Notes: generated from the sequence alone by a model not told the origin. A stretch of 59,229 bases of DNA from a virus (IMGVR_UViG_3300043502_000004:1-59229); one strand, 5' to 3'; shown: positions 8,696-17,385, counted from the stretch's first letter. Made by a program: numbers and translations.

Positions 8696-8740
8696 CCAGG
8701 GTCCCGTGCCGGGGATGTGGCACGGGACCCTGGTCTCGTT
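8696..8740 (+). terminator. stem-loop terminator candidate
   Basis: CCAGGGTCCCGTGCC/GGCACGGGACCCTGG with weak T tail. Confidence 0.55.
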
Positions 8741-8755
8741 TCAGAGGAGGAGACA

Positions 8756-9118
8756 GTGGCAGTAGACCCGCACGAGAACGAGGTCAAGGTCGAGATCGAC
8801 ACCGACGTCTACGGTCAGTGGATGGAGGTCCGCGCCGCCATCAAGGAGGCACAGGCGGTGGAGGCAGAGCTACGTGGACAGATCGAGAAGCAGATGGGTA
8901 ACGCCACCGCGGCCACCGTGGGTGGGACCACGGTCATCACCTACCGCCCCCGTAAAGGCTGGAACACCAAGGGTCTCCTACGGGACTATGCGGACCTGTG
9001 TGAGCACTACATGACCACCTCGGTGGACACGCGCCTGGATGTGTACCAGTTCGCCGCCCATCACCCTGACATTGCTGCCCTGTACCAGACCAGGGACTTC
9101 CGGGAGGCTGGCGAGTGA
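8756..9118 (+). CDS. hypothetical protein resembling YqaJ C-terminal helical region
   Basis: SD GAGGAG; IKEAQAVEAELRGQIEKQMGNA...VITYR. Confidence 0.6.
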   Translation: MAVDPHENEVKVEIDTDVYGQWMEVRAAIKEAQAVEAELRGQIEKQMGNATAATVGGTTVITYRPRKGWNTKGLLRDYADLCEHYMTTSVDTRLDVYQFAAHHPDIAALYQTRDFREAGE

Positions 9119-9423
9119 AGATCGATGTCCAGCTCCTCAAAGACCTGATCCATGAGGACTATGACGGTCCCGAGTGGGAGGTCATGGAGGATGTCACGAC
9201 AGGGACGTGGCGCTGGGGGATCGAGAAGCGGATCATCCTGCGCTATGGGCAGGTTGATGAGTACGTGCCTAGCACCTTCTGGGGCTACACCTACCAGGTG
9301 GAGACCAGTAACGAGGACTATCGCCTGACCTTCGTTGACGAAGACATTCAAGTGGAGCTATGGGAAGCAATCGCTGTGCCCGTGGTGAAAATCGAATACA
9401 AGAGGAGAAAAGATGGTAGCTAG
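9115..9423 (+). CDS. hypothetical protein
   Basis: Coupled; RW...FWGYTY. Confidence 0.65.
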   Translation: MKIDVQLLKDLIHEDYDGPEWEVMEDVTTGTWRWGIEKRIILRYGQVDEYVPSTFWGYTYQVETSNEDYRLTFVDEDIQVELWEAIAVPVVKIEYKRRKDGS

Positions 9424-9733
9424 AGTCGCGATCATCTCGATCACCGTGGTGGTGATTGTTGTCATCGCAGCAGTAGTCGGGGTCTTCCTGTCCCGGCGTA
9501 GTGAGCGCATGCAGGCCCGCAAGCACGGATATGCCATGCGGGGTGACCTGAACCGCAGCGAGGAGCAGGCGCTCGTCATTCAGTTGGCCGAGGCCGCCGA
9601 GATCCTGCGGAACCTGGGCAACAACAACCCGGACAACTACGGGGACCCGGAGATCCTGCGGGCTGATACCCGCATCGCCGTGGGCCTGTGGCTGAAGAAG
9701 TACAACAACGTGAAAGAGAAGGTCAGCAAGTGA
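9413..9733 (+). CDS. membrane-anchored protein
   Basis: Hydrophobic N-terminus. Confidence 0.7.
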   Translation: MVARVAIISITVVVIVVIAAVVGVFLSRRSERMQARKHGYAMRGDLNRSEEQALVIQLAEAAEILRNLGNNNPDNYGDPEILRADTRIAVGLWLKKYNNVKEKVSK

Positions 9734-10689
9734 AGAAGATCCTGCTCGCAGGAACAGCGGTAGCTCTCCTGCTCGGGGGCACCGCGTGCTCCTACGGAAA
9801 CCCCGGCGCCGACGAGGTCGGTCTCTACTACGAAGAGGGTTCCCTCGACGGCCAGAACTTCCTGGAGTGTGTGGATCCCGGCGAGTCGGTACAGACCTCG
9901 GACATGTTCGAGGATGCCGACGCCATCTACCCGGTCCCGGCGTCGCTGCGGACCTGGAACATCGCCCCCCAGGGTGGTGACTCCAACGTCCCCATCACGG
10001 TGGCCGCAGCCCCTGAGGCAGGCCAGCCCAGTGGGGTACAGGTCAACCTGTGGGTCCAGTTCGCCTTCAGCATCAACAGCGCCTGTGGCGACGGCAAGGA
10101 CCCCAACAGCCCTGCGGTGCAGTGGTGGGAGAAGGTCGGTCGCCGCTACTACGCTGCCGACACCACCGAAGATAAGACCAAGTGGTGGGCCGCGATGCTC
10201 CAGAACACCATCGTCCCTGCCGCTGAGGCCGTGTCACGCACCAAGGCTCGTGCCTACAGTGCCGACGCCCTGGTGTCCGGTGCAGCCAACGTGGACCTCC
10301 AGAAGGCGGTCTCCGCGGAGCTGCCCGGAGAGTTGAAGCGCCTCGTCGGCGGTGCCTACTTCTGCTCCCCCACCTTCAACCGGGCCAACCCGGACCAGTG
10401 CGGTGAGATTCAGGTGCTGGTGAAGGACGTGGACTACACCAACCCCGCCATCCAGGCGGCTCGCGACGAGAAGCAGAAGGCTATCGAGCTGGCCGCTGCC
10501 AAGGTGGCCGAGGCTCAGGGCAAGGTGGATGCCGCCGCCAAGGAGGCGGAGCTGTACAAGAACCCCAGCTGGGTCCAGTTGGAGCTGGCCAAGATGGAGT
10601 TGCAGGCTGCGGAGGCTCAGGCCGCCGCGTGTGCCAAGGCTGCGTCGTGTGTCATCTCCGGTGGAGGTGTCTTGGTTGGCGCGAGGTAA
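9730..10689 (+). CDS. SPFH/band-7 domain lipoprotein
   Basis: Lipobox-like GTAC; DEVGLYY..G, R.W, alanine-rich coiled-coil C-terminus. Confidence 0.75.
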   Translation: MKKILLAGTAVALLLGGTACSYGNPGADEVGLYYEEGSLDGQNFLECVDPGESVQTSDMFEDADAIYPVPASLRTWNIAPQGGDSNVPITVAAAPEAGQPSGVQVNLWVQFAFSINSACGDGKDPNSPAVQWWEKVGRRYYAADTTEDKTKWWAAMLQNTIVPAAEAVSRTKARAYSADALVSGAANVDLQKAVSAELPGELKRLVGGAYFCSPTFNRANPDQCGEIQVLVKDVDYTNPAIQAARDEKQKAIELAAAKVAEAQGKVDAAAKEAELYKNPSWVQLELAKMELQAAEAQAAACAKAASCVISGGGVLVGAR

Positions 10690-10876
10690 GAAGAAGCGAC
10701 GGCCCTACCTTCCGATCTTGTTCACGGCGATCTGTCTGATATGGACCTTCGTCACGGTGATGGATGTGAGACGGGGCAACGCCTCGTACTCAGCCGTGGA
10801 CGGGTTCGCGCTGGGAGTTCAGTTCGTGACCGCGTTCATGCTCTGGAGATGGTGGCTCCGCAGACGGAAGACCTGA
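10667..10876 (+). CDS. small two-TM membrane protein
   Basis: Two hydrophobic segments. Confidence 0.55.
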   Translation: MSWLARGKKKRRPYLPILFTAICLIWTFVTVMDVRRGNASYSAVDGFALGVQFVTAFMLWRWWLRRRKT

Positions 10877-10891
10877 CCCATGCTGTAGGGC

Positions 10892-11344
10892 ATGGAGATT
10901 GAGGTTCGCTGGCTCCCGGCACAGCAGGGATCCCTGAAGCACATCGGGCGGGGACGCCTGATCCATACCAATAAGGATGAGATCGAGGACTGGCGCTCAG
11001 CTGTCCGCAACCGGGTGGATGACTACCGGGAACGCAACCCAGGACATGGGTTGCCCTACGAAGGGGCCGTTGTGATGAGACTGGTGGTCTCACTGCGACG
11101 GCCCCCCTCTGTCTCTAGGAACAAGCGCCCATACCCCTCAGTGGCACCCGATCTGGACAAGCTGATGCGGGCCGTAGGTGACGCGTTACAGAAATGCGGG
11201 GTCCTGGTGGATGACGCCCAGATAGTTGATCTCACCCGCCTCGCCAAGGTGTACTGCAACGAGGACCCGGAGTCCCTGGAAGTTCCAGGGGCCAGGATCG
11301 TGGTGCTGCCCATGGCACCGTTAGAGGAACTGACGAAGGGATGA
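10892..11344 (+). CDS. rusA: RusA-family Holliday junction resolvase
   Basis: PAQQGS, PDLDKL.RAV.DAL, DDAQIV. Confidence 0.9.
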   Translation: MEIEVRWLPAQQGSLKHIGRGRLIHTNKDEIEDWRSAVRNRVDDYRERNPGHGLPYEGAVVMRLVVSLRRPPSVSRNKRPYPSVAPDLDKLMRAVGDALQKCGVLVDDAQIVDLTRLAKVYCNEDPESLEVPGARIVVLPMAPLEELTKG

Positions 11345-11655
11345 CAGTGACGAGCGATCACATTGCGGGGTTCAGCATGGACCTGCCCGACTGGGCCCGG
11401 ATGATCCTTGACGACCGGGAGATGCGGCGCGGCGACGGCTGGAAGATACCCCTGGCTGTCGAGGTGCCTGTGAAGCGGCCCAGTCACGAGGAGGTGCAGC
11501 AGAAGGTCATCAACTTCAAGCTGGTGGCCGACGCACTGGAGCTGCTCCTGTCGGTGTGGCCCGAGATCCCGGGGGCGTCGGTGACGCTGACCCCGGCCCA
11601 GCAGGATGAGCTGAAACGCATCATCCTGGCCCTGCCAGCATCGGTGGCCCTATGA
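11341..11655 (+). CDS. hypothetical protein
   Basis: Coupled on both sides. Confidence 0.6.
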   Translation: MTVTSDHIAGFSMDLPDWARMILDDREMRRGDGWKIPLAVEVPVKRPSHEEVQQKVINFKLVADALELLLSVWPEIPGASVTLTPAQQDELKRIILALPASVAL

Positions 11656-11969
11656 GTACCGACCTGCTCCCCGAGACGACCGGTGACGACCTCCTGGACT
11701 TCCTGGAGATCATGAAGAACACGCCACTACGGTCCATGGCAGACATCGCCGCGGATCGTGAACCCGAGTTCGAGATCCCGGTCCTGGCTGTAGGGATGCA
11801 GGCAGACACCGTTGAAATCCCTGTTACGCGCTCCGCTCCCCGGCACCTGTCCACGTACCGTGGACCCAGGGTCTGGCGGCACCCGCTGACCTGGTTGAAG
11901 TGGAACTTCGGCTGGATCTACTGGGGGGTCGATGAACAAAACCGACACAGATCCCATCGGGTGGTGTAG
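11652..11969 (+). CDS. hypothetical protein
   Basis: ATGA coupling. Confidence 0.55.
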   Translation: MSTDLLPETTGDDLLDFLEIMKNTPLRSMADIAADREPEFEIPVLAVGMQADTVEIPVTRSAPRHLSTYRGPRVWRHPLTWLKWNFGWIYWGVDEQNRHRSHRVV

Positions 11970-12168
11970 TACATGCGAAAAGTGGCTGTACACGGACAAG
12001 GCTCGGGCCAAGAGGGTGGGGCGTCGGCACCACCCCCGGAAGCCGGCCTACATCTGCCCGGAGACCAGGGGGACAGTGCAGGAGCTGTACCACGTGGGTT
12101 CACTACCCCAGTTGGTAGTTCAGGGGTTCCTGACCCGCGACCAGCTTCGCCGCAAGCGCCGCTCCTGA
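11932..12168 (+). CDS. small zinc-binding protein
   Basis: CSTCEK..Y...KA ... AYICP...YH. Confidence 0.6.
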   Translation: MNKTDTDPIGWCSTCEKWLYTDKARAKRVGRRHHPRKPAYICPETRGTVQELYHVGSLPQLVVQGFLTRDQLRRKRRS

Positions 12169-12521
12169 GGTGCAACAACTGTGGGATCCTCGGGCACCTG
12201 CCGCGGGCCTGCCCCAACTACGGGTGGTACTACCCGGCGCCTGGGAAGAACCGCCTGGACTACGAAAAGGACAGGCAGCGGGTCCAGGACCTGATCGCCT
12301 CCGACATCATCTCCGAGCACGAGGTGCATGAGGATGACGAGGATCCCATCGTGTTTCAGGGTGCCCGACCTAGTGCGGACCGCAAGACCAAGGCCCTGAT
12401 GCTGCCCTGTCCGCGCTGTGAGCAGCCGCCGGGGAGCAAGTGCAAGACGGCAGCCGGGGACTACACGGAGCTGCACAAGGCACGGCTCGACGCTGTTGAC
12501 TCCCCGTCCCCGGGGAGCTAG
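12165..12521 (+). CDS. zinc-knuckle plus zinc-finger protein (start uncertain)
   Basis: CNNCGILGHLPRAC (CCHC) and CPRC...C...H. Confidence 0.6.
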   Translation: MRCNNCGILGHLPRACPNYGWYYPAPGKNRLDYEKDRQRVQDLIASDIISEHEVHEDDEDPIVFQGARPSADRKTKALMLPCPRCEQPPGSKCKTAAGDYTELHKARLDAVDSPSPGS

Positions 12522-12524
12522 GCT
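12496..12524 (+). promoter_or_regulatory. promoter with CCCCGGGG in spacer, upstream of the RNA cluster
   Basis: TTGACT-17 nt-TAGGCT. Confidence 0.8.
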
Positions 12525-12599
12525 GTAGCTACCTCGGGTTTGAGAAGGCTGGAGGAAGGCTCCCCCAGGGGCTGGTCACACAAAACCTGGGGGAGTCAC

Positions 12600-12750
12600 G
12601 GACTGGTAGCTCAACAGGTAGAGCAGACTGACCAACGCCCGCAGGACCGTGGTTCTAGAGCCACAGGGGCGCTGAGACTGGCACAGATATCGGTGACCAG
12701 GAAGGCGGCGTTGAATCGGTTGGTTGCAGGTTCGAATCCTGCTCAGCCCA
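12600..12750 (+). ncRNA. tRNA-like RNA with 84-nt structured domain replacing the anticodon loop
   Basis: Acceptor GGACTGG/TCAGCCC, D arm GCTC-AACAGGTA-GAGC, stem GACTGA/TCGGTT, T arm GCAGG-TTCGAAT-CCTGC; insert 12632-12715. Confidence 0.8.
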
Positions 12751-12852
12751 CGAGGGACCTACGACCAGCGACGACCGACAAGTGTTGTTGGCTAGTGAAC
12801 TCATGAGTGCCAGAACCAGGAGCTTCCCCCGTCGTCTCCTGGTTCTGGCCGG

Positions 12853-12924
12853 TGCGGGATCGTCTAACAGAAGGACGCTGTGCTCATAACTCAGAGAATC
12901 CGGGTGCGAATCCCGGTCCCGCCT
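12853..12924 (+). tRNA. tRNA with CAU anticodon (Met/fMet or Ile2), atypical
   Basis: GCGGGA/TCCCGC acceptor, CTGTG-CTCATAA-CTCAG, CCGGG-TGCGAAT-CCCGG. Confidence 0.75.
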
Positions 12925-12950
12925 CTACGTAAGACGCTCAGCGAATGAAT

Positions 12951-13020
12951 GGGTCGGTAGCTTAACGGGCAGAGTCCGGCGTTTAGGCCGGGGATGTCGG
13001 TTCGAATCCGACACGATCCA
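12951..13020 (+). tRNA. tRNA-like gene with 6-nt anticodon loop GTTTAG (identity undetermined)
   Basis: GGGTCG/CGATCC, GCTT/GAGT D stem, CCGGC-GTTTAG-GCCGG, GTCGG-TTCGAAT-CCGAC. Confidence 0.7.
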
Positions 13021-13055
13021 CGAGGCCGCGCGGCCGGACAATGAGAGGAGGCTCC

Positions 13056-13226
13056 ATGGAAACAGTGCGCTATCTGGTCACCGGGTTCCCGGGGGCCTTC
13101 AAGGAATGCCACCGCTGGCTGGTCAAGGTGACCTACGGGGTGTGGCCACTCATGCTGTGTCCCGGCCATCGGGCTTGGGCAGAGGTCCAGTACCTGCGAC
13201 AGTTGAGCGGTCCCGAGGGACGATGA
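13056..13226 (+). CDS. hypothetical protein
   Basis: SD GAGGAGG before ATG 13056. Confidence 0.45.
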   Translation: METVRYLVTGFPGAFKECHRWLVKVTYGVWPLMLCPGHRAWAEVQYLRQLSGPEGR

Positions 13227-13431
13227 TCTCGTTCTTCTGAAGGACCATGATCAGGTCATTCTGGTACTGGAGCATGTCGGTACGGTTCTGGTTGACGAGG
13301 GCATGTACTTCACCGAGGCCATCTTTCACCTTGGTGACGTCTCGTTTCAGAATCAGGACCACGGCAGTAGCAATAGACGTCACAAGGGTGGCGACGGCAC
13401 CAAGGATTAGGGCGATGCCCTCAGCAGTCAT
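13150..13431 (-). CDS. membrane protein, possible holin/lysis accessory
   Basis: N-terminal TM helix, then EVHALVN coiled region; leaderless start. Confidence 0.6.
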   Translation of the reverse strand: MTAEGIALILGAVATLVTSIATAVVLILKRDVTKVKDGLGEVHALVNQNRTDMLQYQNDLIMVLQKNEIIVPRDRSTVAGTGPLPKPDGRDTA

Positions 13432-13452
13432 GTCTCAAGAGTAAGGATCATC

Positions 13453-13602
13453 ATGGCTAATAACGATGCCGCAGCTCAAGAAGCACGTCGCAAGGCGGCC
13501 GAGGCTGAGCGAGCCGCCGACGAAGCAGTCAAAGAAGCTGAGCGTGCCGCTAAGCGCGCCGCCGACGCAGCAGAGGCTCGCCGCAAGTTGATGGGCCAGT
13601 AG
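13453..13602 (+). CDS. small Ala/Glu/Arg-rich helical protein (49 aa, not in ORF track)
   Basis: MANNDAAAQEARRKAAEAERAADEAVKEAERAAKRAADAAEARRKLMGQ; SD TAAGGA. Confidence 0.6.
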   Translation: MANNDAAAQEARRKAAEAERAADEAVKEAERAAKRAADAAEARRKLMGQ

Positions 13603-13714
13603 AGTAAGGCCGAGTCGGGGAGTCCCATGGCACCCGGAAGGCGCTGGTCCCGGCGTGACTCACAGGGACACTAAAGCCATAGTGACCGTACTGAATCGAG
13701 CGAAAGGCGCATCA

Positions 13715-14068
13715 GTGCTCAAACGAATCGGTATCGTCCTAGTCGGGGCCATGACCATGATCGCACTGGCCGCAGTACCCGCACAGGCCGACTACTGCCC
13801 AGACTCACTGATCTGCTTCTACTGGACCGGCCACCGGTACGACTTCAACGTCACCCTCGGGTCCGCCCCGTGGAAGGACGTATACGTCGGCGAGCCGGTC
13901 CGGTCCAACGCCTACTCCATGCGGAACCAGAAGGTGAACACGTACATCTCGAAGCGCAACAAGGGCGACGGGTGCTCGGCGTTCAACTTCGACCAGCCCA
14001 ACCTGCACCAAGGTCAGCAGTACTACTTCAACCCGGTCACGGCCTGTTTCCGGGTGGACTGGGTCTAG
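13715..14068 (+). CDS. secreted protein, I36-inhibitor-like
   Basis: Signal peptide ending AQA; CPDSLICFYW...AYSMRN. Confidence 0.6.
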   Translation: MLKRIGIVLVGAMTMIALAAVPAQADYCPDSLICFYWTGHRYDFNVTLGSAPWKDVYVGEPVRSNAYSMRNQKVNTYISKRNKGDGCSAFNFDQPNLHQGQQYYFNPVTACFRVDWV

Positions 14069-14160
14069 GCCCACAGTCTCCTCCGGTCCAGCTTCCGGAG
14101 GAGTGGTGGAGTTCGGCGGGAACCCCCGGCACAGGGGTTCCTACTGGGCCCGTACAAGGA

Positions 14161-14194
14161 GAAGCCCCCGTAGGTAGCTACGGGGGCTTCTTTG
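14161..14194 (+). terminator. intrinsic terminator
   Basis: GAAGCCCCCGTAG/CTACGGGGGCTTC plus TTT. Confidence 0.8.
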
Positions 14195-14463
14195 TGTCTG
14201 TAGCATCGAAGACAACAACTTAATAGACCCAGTCTGGTGACACGGCTGTGCTGGGACAAAGAGGCCCCGCCTTCCATGGACGGACAGGCGGGGCCTCTTT
14301 GCGTATCGTCATGGCCATGGACTGGGAGCCCCTGGAGGACGTCACCGAGACGCCCATGGTGGAGCAGATCCAGGAACCTGAGCCCAGCTGTCTGGCCAGA
14401 ATCCTGGCCGGACTCCTCGACCAGGGCGCCCTGATCTCTGGCTTCAGCTCGATCCTCCCCTAG

Positions 14464-14796
14464 TTACGGGGTCGGGACCGGCTGCTCGGAGATGACCGGC
14501 GTACCCAGCGTCACGGTGGCGACGCCGCCGGGGGTGACGTCAATGCTGTCCGAGCCGAAGATGGTGTCCGGGTTGGCCGGGTCAAAGACCTTGACCACGG
14601 CGGAGCCGAGACCGACGGCGACAGCCGTCAGCTCGTCCTTGCCGGACGCGGTGCCGCTGGTGGCCTCGGCGATGGTGGCCGTCACAACACCCTCAGGGGT
14701 GGTGCTGACCGACAGAGTGGCGTCGACATCGAAGCCACGACTGTCCTTGGCGTCGATGACATAGAGGGCCTGGTCGCTGGTGTCCATGGTGGTCAC
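14464..14796 (-). CDS. Thr/Val-rich beta protein (Ig-like)
   Basis: SD AGGAGG, GTG coupled to upstream stop. Confidence 0.65.
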   Translation of the reverse strand: MTTMDTSDQALYVIDAKDSRGFDVDATLSVSTTPEGVVTATIAEATSGTASGKDELTAVAVGLGSAVVKVFDPANPDTIFGSDSIDVTPGGVATVTLGTPVISEQPVPTP

Positions 14797-15020
14797 GGTG
14801 TCGCCTCCTGGGCGGGTTGTTCCTCGACGGCTACGAGGGTAAGGGTGATGGATGCGGGTCGGCGCAGCCACGCCACGAAGACGTCGGCTACCTCAGTCAC
14901 GCGAGCGGCGGCGGCAACGTCCCCGTTGCACTCCGCCAGGTGCTCATAGCGACCGTGGCTGAACAGCTCGGTCGCCTGCTGTAGTGCAAGGATCAGATCA
15001 TCGGAGCGGTCAAAGGCCAC
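14793..15020 (-). CDS. hypothetical protein
   Basis: TAAAGT-6 nt-GTG start. Confidence 0.6.
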   Translation of the reverse strand: MAFDRSDDLILALQQATELFSHGRYEHLAECNGDVAAAARVTEVADVFVAWLRRPASITLTLVAVEEQPAQEATP

Positions 15021-15033
15021 AAGAACACTTTAC

Positions 15034-15363
15034 CTAAGTTGTGGGGACCCGAAACCTTCCCCGGTTGGTGTGTGGCGCCAGGGGCTGCCACAAAGGCACC
15101 GGAACAGCCGCTGGGCCCATGCGTAGAGCCCCGCGGTAGACCCGCTCAGCCAGCTCCATAGCCCGGCGGTGAGCCCACCACTGGTCGCGTGCCGACACGG
15201 TGAACGAGAAGCCGAGGGTGCCCTCCTCCTGGCCCTGTACGTCGGGCTCGTTGAACCACCAGGACACCTCACAGGCGTGCTGGAGGATGGCGAGCACCTT
15301 GCCGTGGCAGGCGGTGCCGGTCATGATCTCATCCAGGAAGGTGTACCGACGATGTGTTGTCAC
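15034..15363 (-). CDS. hypothetical protein
   Basis: Directly follows the lysin gene. Confidence 0.6.
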   Translation of the reverse strand: MTTHRRYTFLDEIMTGTACHGKVLAILQHACEVSWWFNEPDVQGQEEGTLGFSFTVSARDQWWAHRRAMELAERVYRGALRMGPAAVPVPLWQPLAPHTNRGRFRVPTT

Positions 15364-15367
15364 AAGA

Positions 15368-16255
15368 TCAGCTATCGGTCACGGGTGGACCAGATGTGCC
15401 AGACGCTGCGAATTCGTGGGAGTGACTGATCAGTGCTCCCCCTCCGTCGCCACCGCCTGCCGTCTTCACCGGACCGAAAGACAGATTAACCAGAGCCTCG
15501 GTCCAGTCCCGGGTCGTCAGGTCCGGCGTGGGATATCCCCGCGCGTCCTTGCCCGGATACACCTTGTGCACGTCACAGACAACGTTCATCTCCGGCGTCA
15601 CGATACCGACCTTGGTGGAGACAACCTCCCGCTCCTTGGCATCGCCCCGGGAAATCCAGTACTTGTTCTGCCACAAAAATACCTGTGCCATTGTCTCTTT
15701 CCCTTCCGCCTGCCACTGGGCCAGCGTCTCTCCCCGCAGAATCGACATCATGGCCTGGAATACCGACAGCACGTTGAGGTACTTGCGCAGGCAACTGAAG
15801 TGCATGTGCCACTTGTGAGTGTCGTCGGGACTGCGCTCGGTCCAGTTGGTGAAGTCGAACCCGTCCGCCGGGGCGTCTCCATCAGAGCTGTTGCACAGGA
15901 CCTCGCGCCAGCCTTTCAGCCGGGGGTCCCTTGTCTTCCAGGCTGCGCGGACCCGGTCGCTGTACTTGCGGATGTTGGTGAAGTTCCCCCTCTGGGCAGA
16001 TGGGAACGTGATGTCTACGGCTGCGCCCATCTTCTCGTTGGGGTGCCCGTTGCCTACCTGGTCGTCAGCCAGTTGAATGGAGTAGTCCGGCTGCCACTCC
16101 GGGTGCTTCTTGGAGGTGGCGTAGTCAGCGTGGTAGCCAGGCTTGAAGTCACCCCACGAGCCGGCGTAGACCGTCTCGGCTTCGAGACGCTCCCACTCCT
16201 CAATGAACCACCACATCTCCGCGGTGATGTGGCTAGGCTGCGGGTTGGTCGCCAT
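15368..16255 (-). CDS. putative endolysin (Zn peptidase-like)
   Basis: GYH...DYS...AVD...THKWHMHFS metal-binding pattern; at the end of the late operon. Confidence 0.65.
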   Translation of the reverse strand: MATNPQPSHITAEMWWFIEEWERLEAETVYAGSWGDFKPGYHADYATSKKHPEWQPDYSIQLADDQVGNGHPNEKMGAAVDITFPSAQRGNFTNIRKYSDRVRAAWKTRDPRLKGWREVLCNSSDGDAPADGFDFTNWTERSPDDTHKWHMHFSCLRKYLNVLSVFQAMMSILRGETLAQWQAEGKETMAQVFLWQNKYWISRGDAKEREVVSTKVGIVTPEMNVVCDVHKVYPGKDARGYPTPDLTTRDWTEALVNLSFGPVKTAGGGDGGGALISHSHEFAASGTSGPPVTDS

Positions 16256-16262
16256 AGGGGCA

Positions 16263-16862
16263 TTATGCGCCCCGGGCGTCCCCTTGTCCCGGCTGTCCGC
16301 TGCTGTTCTGTCCGTGTTGGTGATAGGTCCAGGTGCGCTCAGCCAGGTGGGTCATGGCCAGGCCACGTTCACAGGCGATTGCGGCGACCCCGGTGATAAA
16401 GCCCCAGTCTTCATTGGCATATGTACCTATTTGATTGTCTTGGTAGCCGACTTCCTGTGCGATATCCGTACGTACCAAGACGTTGTGAGTCGTGTGATGG
16501 GGCGTGCACGGATTGAACGGCAACCCGAAGTGACCCAGTGGATCAGGCCCGTGGAACCAGCTGAACACGAAGATGGAGTCGGTCTCGGTGGCCACCCGGT
16601 ACAGCTTCTCCAGGTGCTCCGGCATCAGCTCGTCGTCCGAGTCGCACCAGGCGATCCACTCGGTGTCCACCATGGCCAGGAGGCGGCGGCGATTAGCCCC
16701 GGCTCCCAGCCGGTCCAGGTCGTTGCAGACCAGGATCGCGGACGGCTGCATGGTCTGAGCCGCCACCGAGGCGAAGGCCCGGTTGATAAGCCCGGACGTC
16801 TGGCGCTCCGGGTGGGTGGCCACACAAACGGTCACGCCAGGGCGTAGGTCATCGTGGTGCAT
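16263..16862 (-). CDS. GT-A fold (GT2-like) glycosyltransferase
   Basis: VTVCVAT...RAFASV..QT, WIAWCDSDD, EDWGF. Confidence 0.85.
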   Translation of the reverse strand: MHHDDLRPGVTVCVATHPERQTSGLINRAFASVAAQTMQPSAILVCNDLDRLGAGANRRRLLAMVDTEWIAWCDSDDELMPEHLEKLYRVATETDSIFVFSWFHGPDPLGHFGLPFNPCTPHHTTHNVLVRTDIAQEVGYQDNQIGTYANEDWGFITGVAAIACERGLAMTHLAERTWTYHQHGQNSSGQPGQGDARGA

Positions 16863-17385
16863 GCTTCCGCCGCTCCCTCATCGCTTCGCGTCTACATGTT
16901 CTACAAGATCGATGGCCAGTAACCGGATGAACATAGGTGTTTAGTTCGGAGAACGCGTGCCCGTAGGGACAGGCGGTTTTAAATGTATGTATGTTCCTCC
17001 TTGAGTTGAGGCTTCGGGTAGTTACCTGTAGATGGTCTGGGTTGACGCAGTGTCTCACGTGGCATTGATGGTCGAGAACTAGGTCATCGGGAACTTCGCC
17101 CACAAGTAACAAGTAGCTGATGCGGTGGGCTAGGACTGTTCCGAATCCGATCCGACTGTCCGAGAAGCTGCCATACCCATCGGGCCTAATGCTGAAGGTG
17201 TAAAGCCAGCACGAGTCTGTCTTGTCCACTCTGGACCAGAACAGATCCACTGGGTCGGGAGCTTCATAGAGCGGATCCCCATGGATCTTCCATCTCAAGT
17301 AGTGCTTTTGGCACCAGCCTCGTCGGCGGCTTCCGTCGCCCGGACAGTTCTCTACTGAGCAGGGCGGACGCTGCCGTGTTCCCAT
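16849..17385 (-). CDS. HNH homing endonuclease
   Basis: FWSRVDK..SCW, AHRISY, DHQCHVRHCVNPDHL, C..GH...CRTC; lower GC; start uncertain (17385 or 17424). Confidence 0.9.
   Translation of the reverse strand: MGTRQRPPCSVENCPGDGSRRRGWCQKHYLRWKIHGDPLYEAPDPVDLFWSRVDKTDSCWLYTFSIRPDGYGSFSDSRIGFGTVLAHRISYLLLVGEVPDDLVLDHQCHVRHCVNPDHLQVTTRSLNSRRNIHTFKTACPYGHAFSELNTYVHPVTGHRSCRTCRREAMRERRKHAPR

Noticed and set aside
12632-12715. Group I or BHB intron, hammerhead, glycine or TPP riboswitch in the insert
   Set aside because: Too short for group I; no bulge-helix-bulge; CTGAGA...GAA and GCAGGA...GCGCTGA only partly resemble those cores and the required pairings are missing
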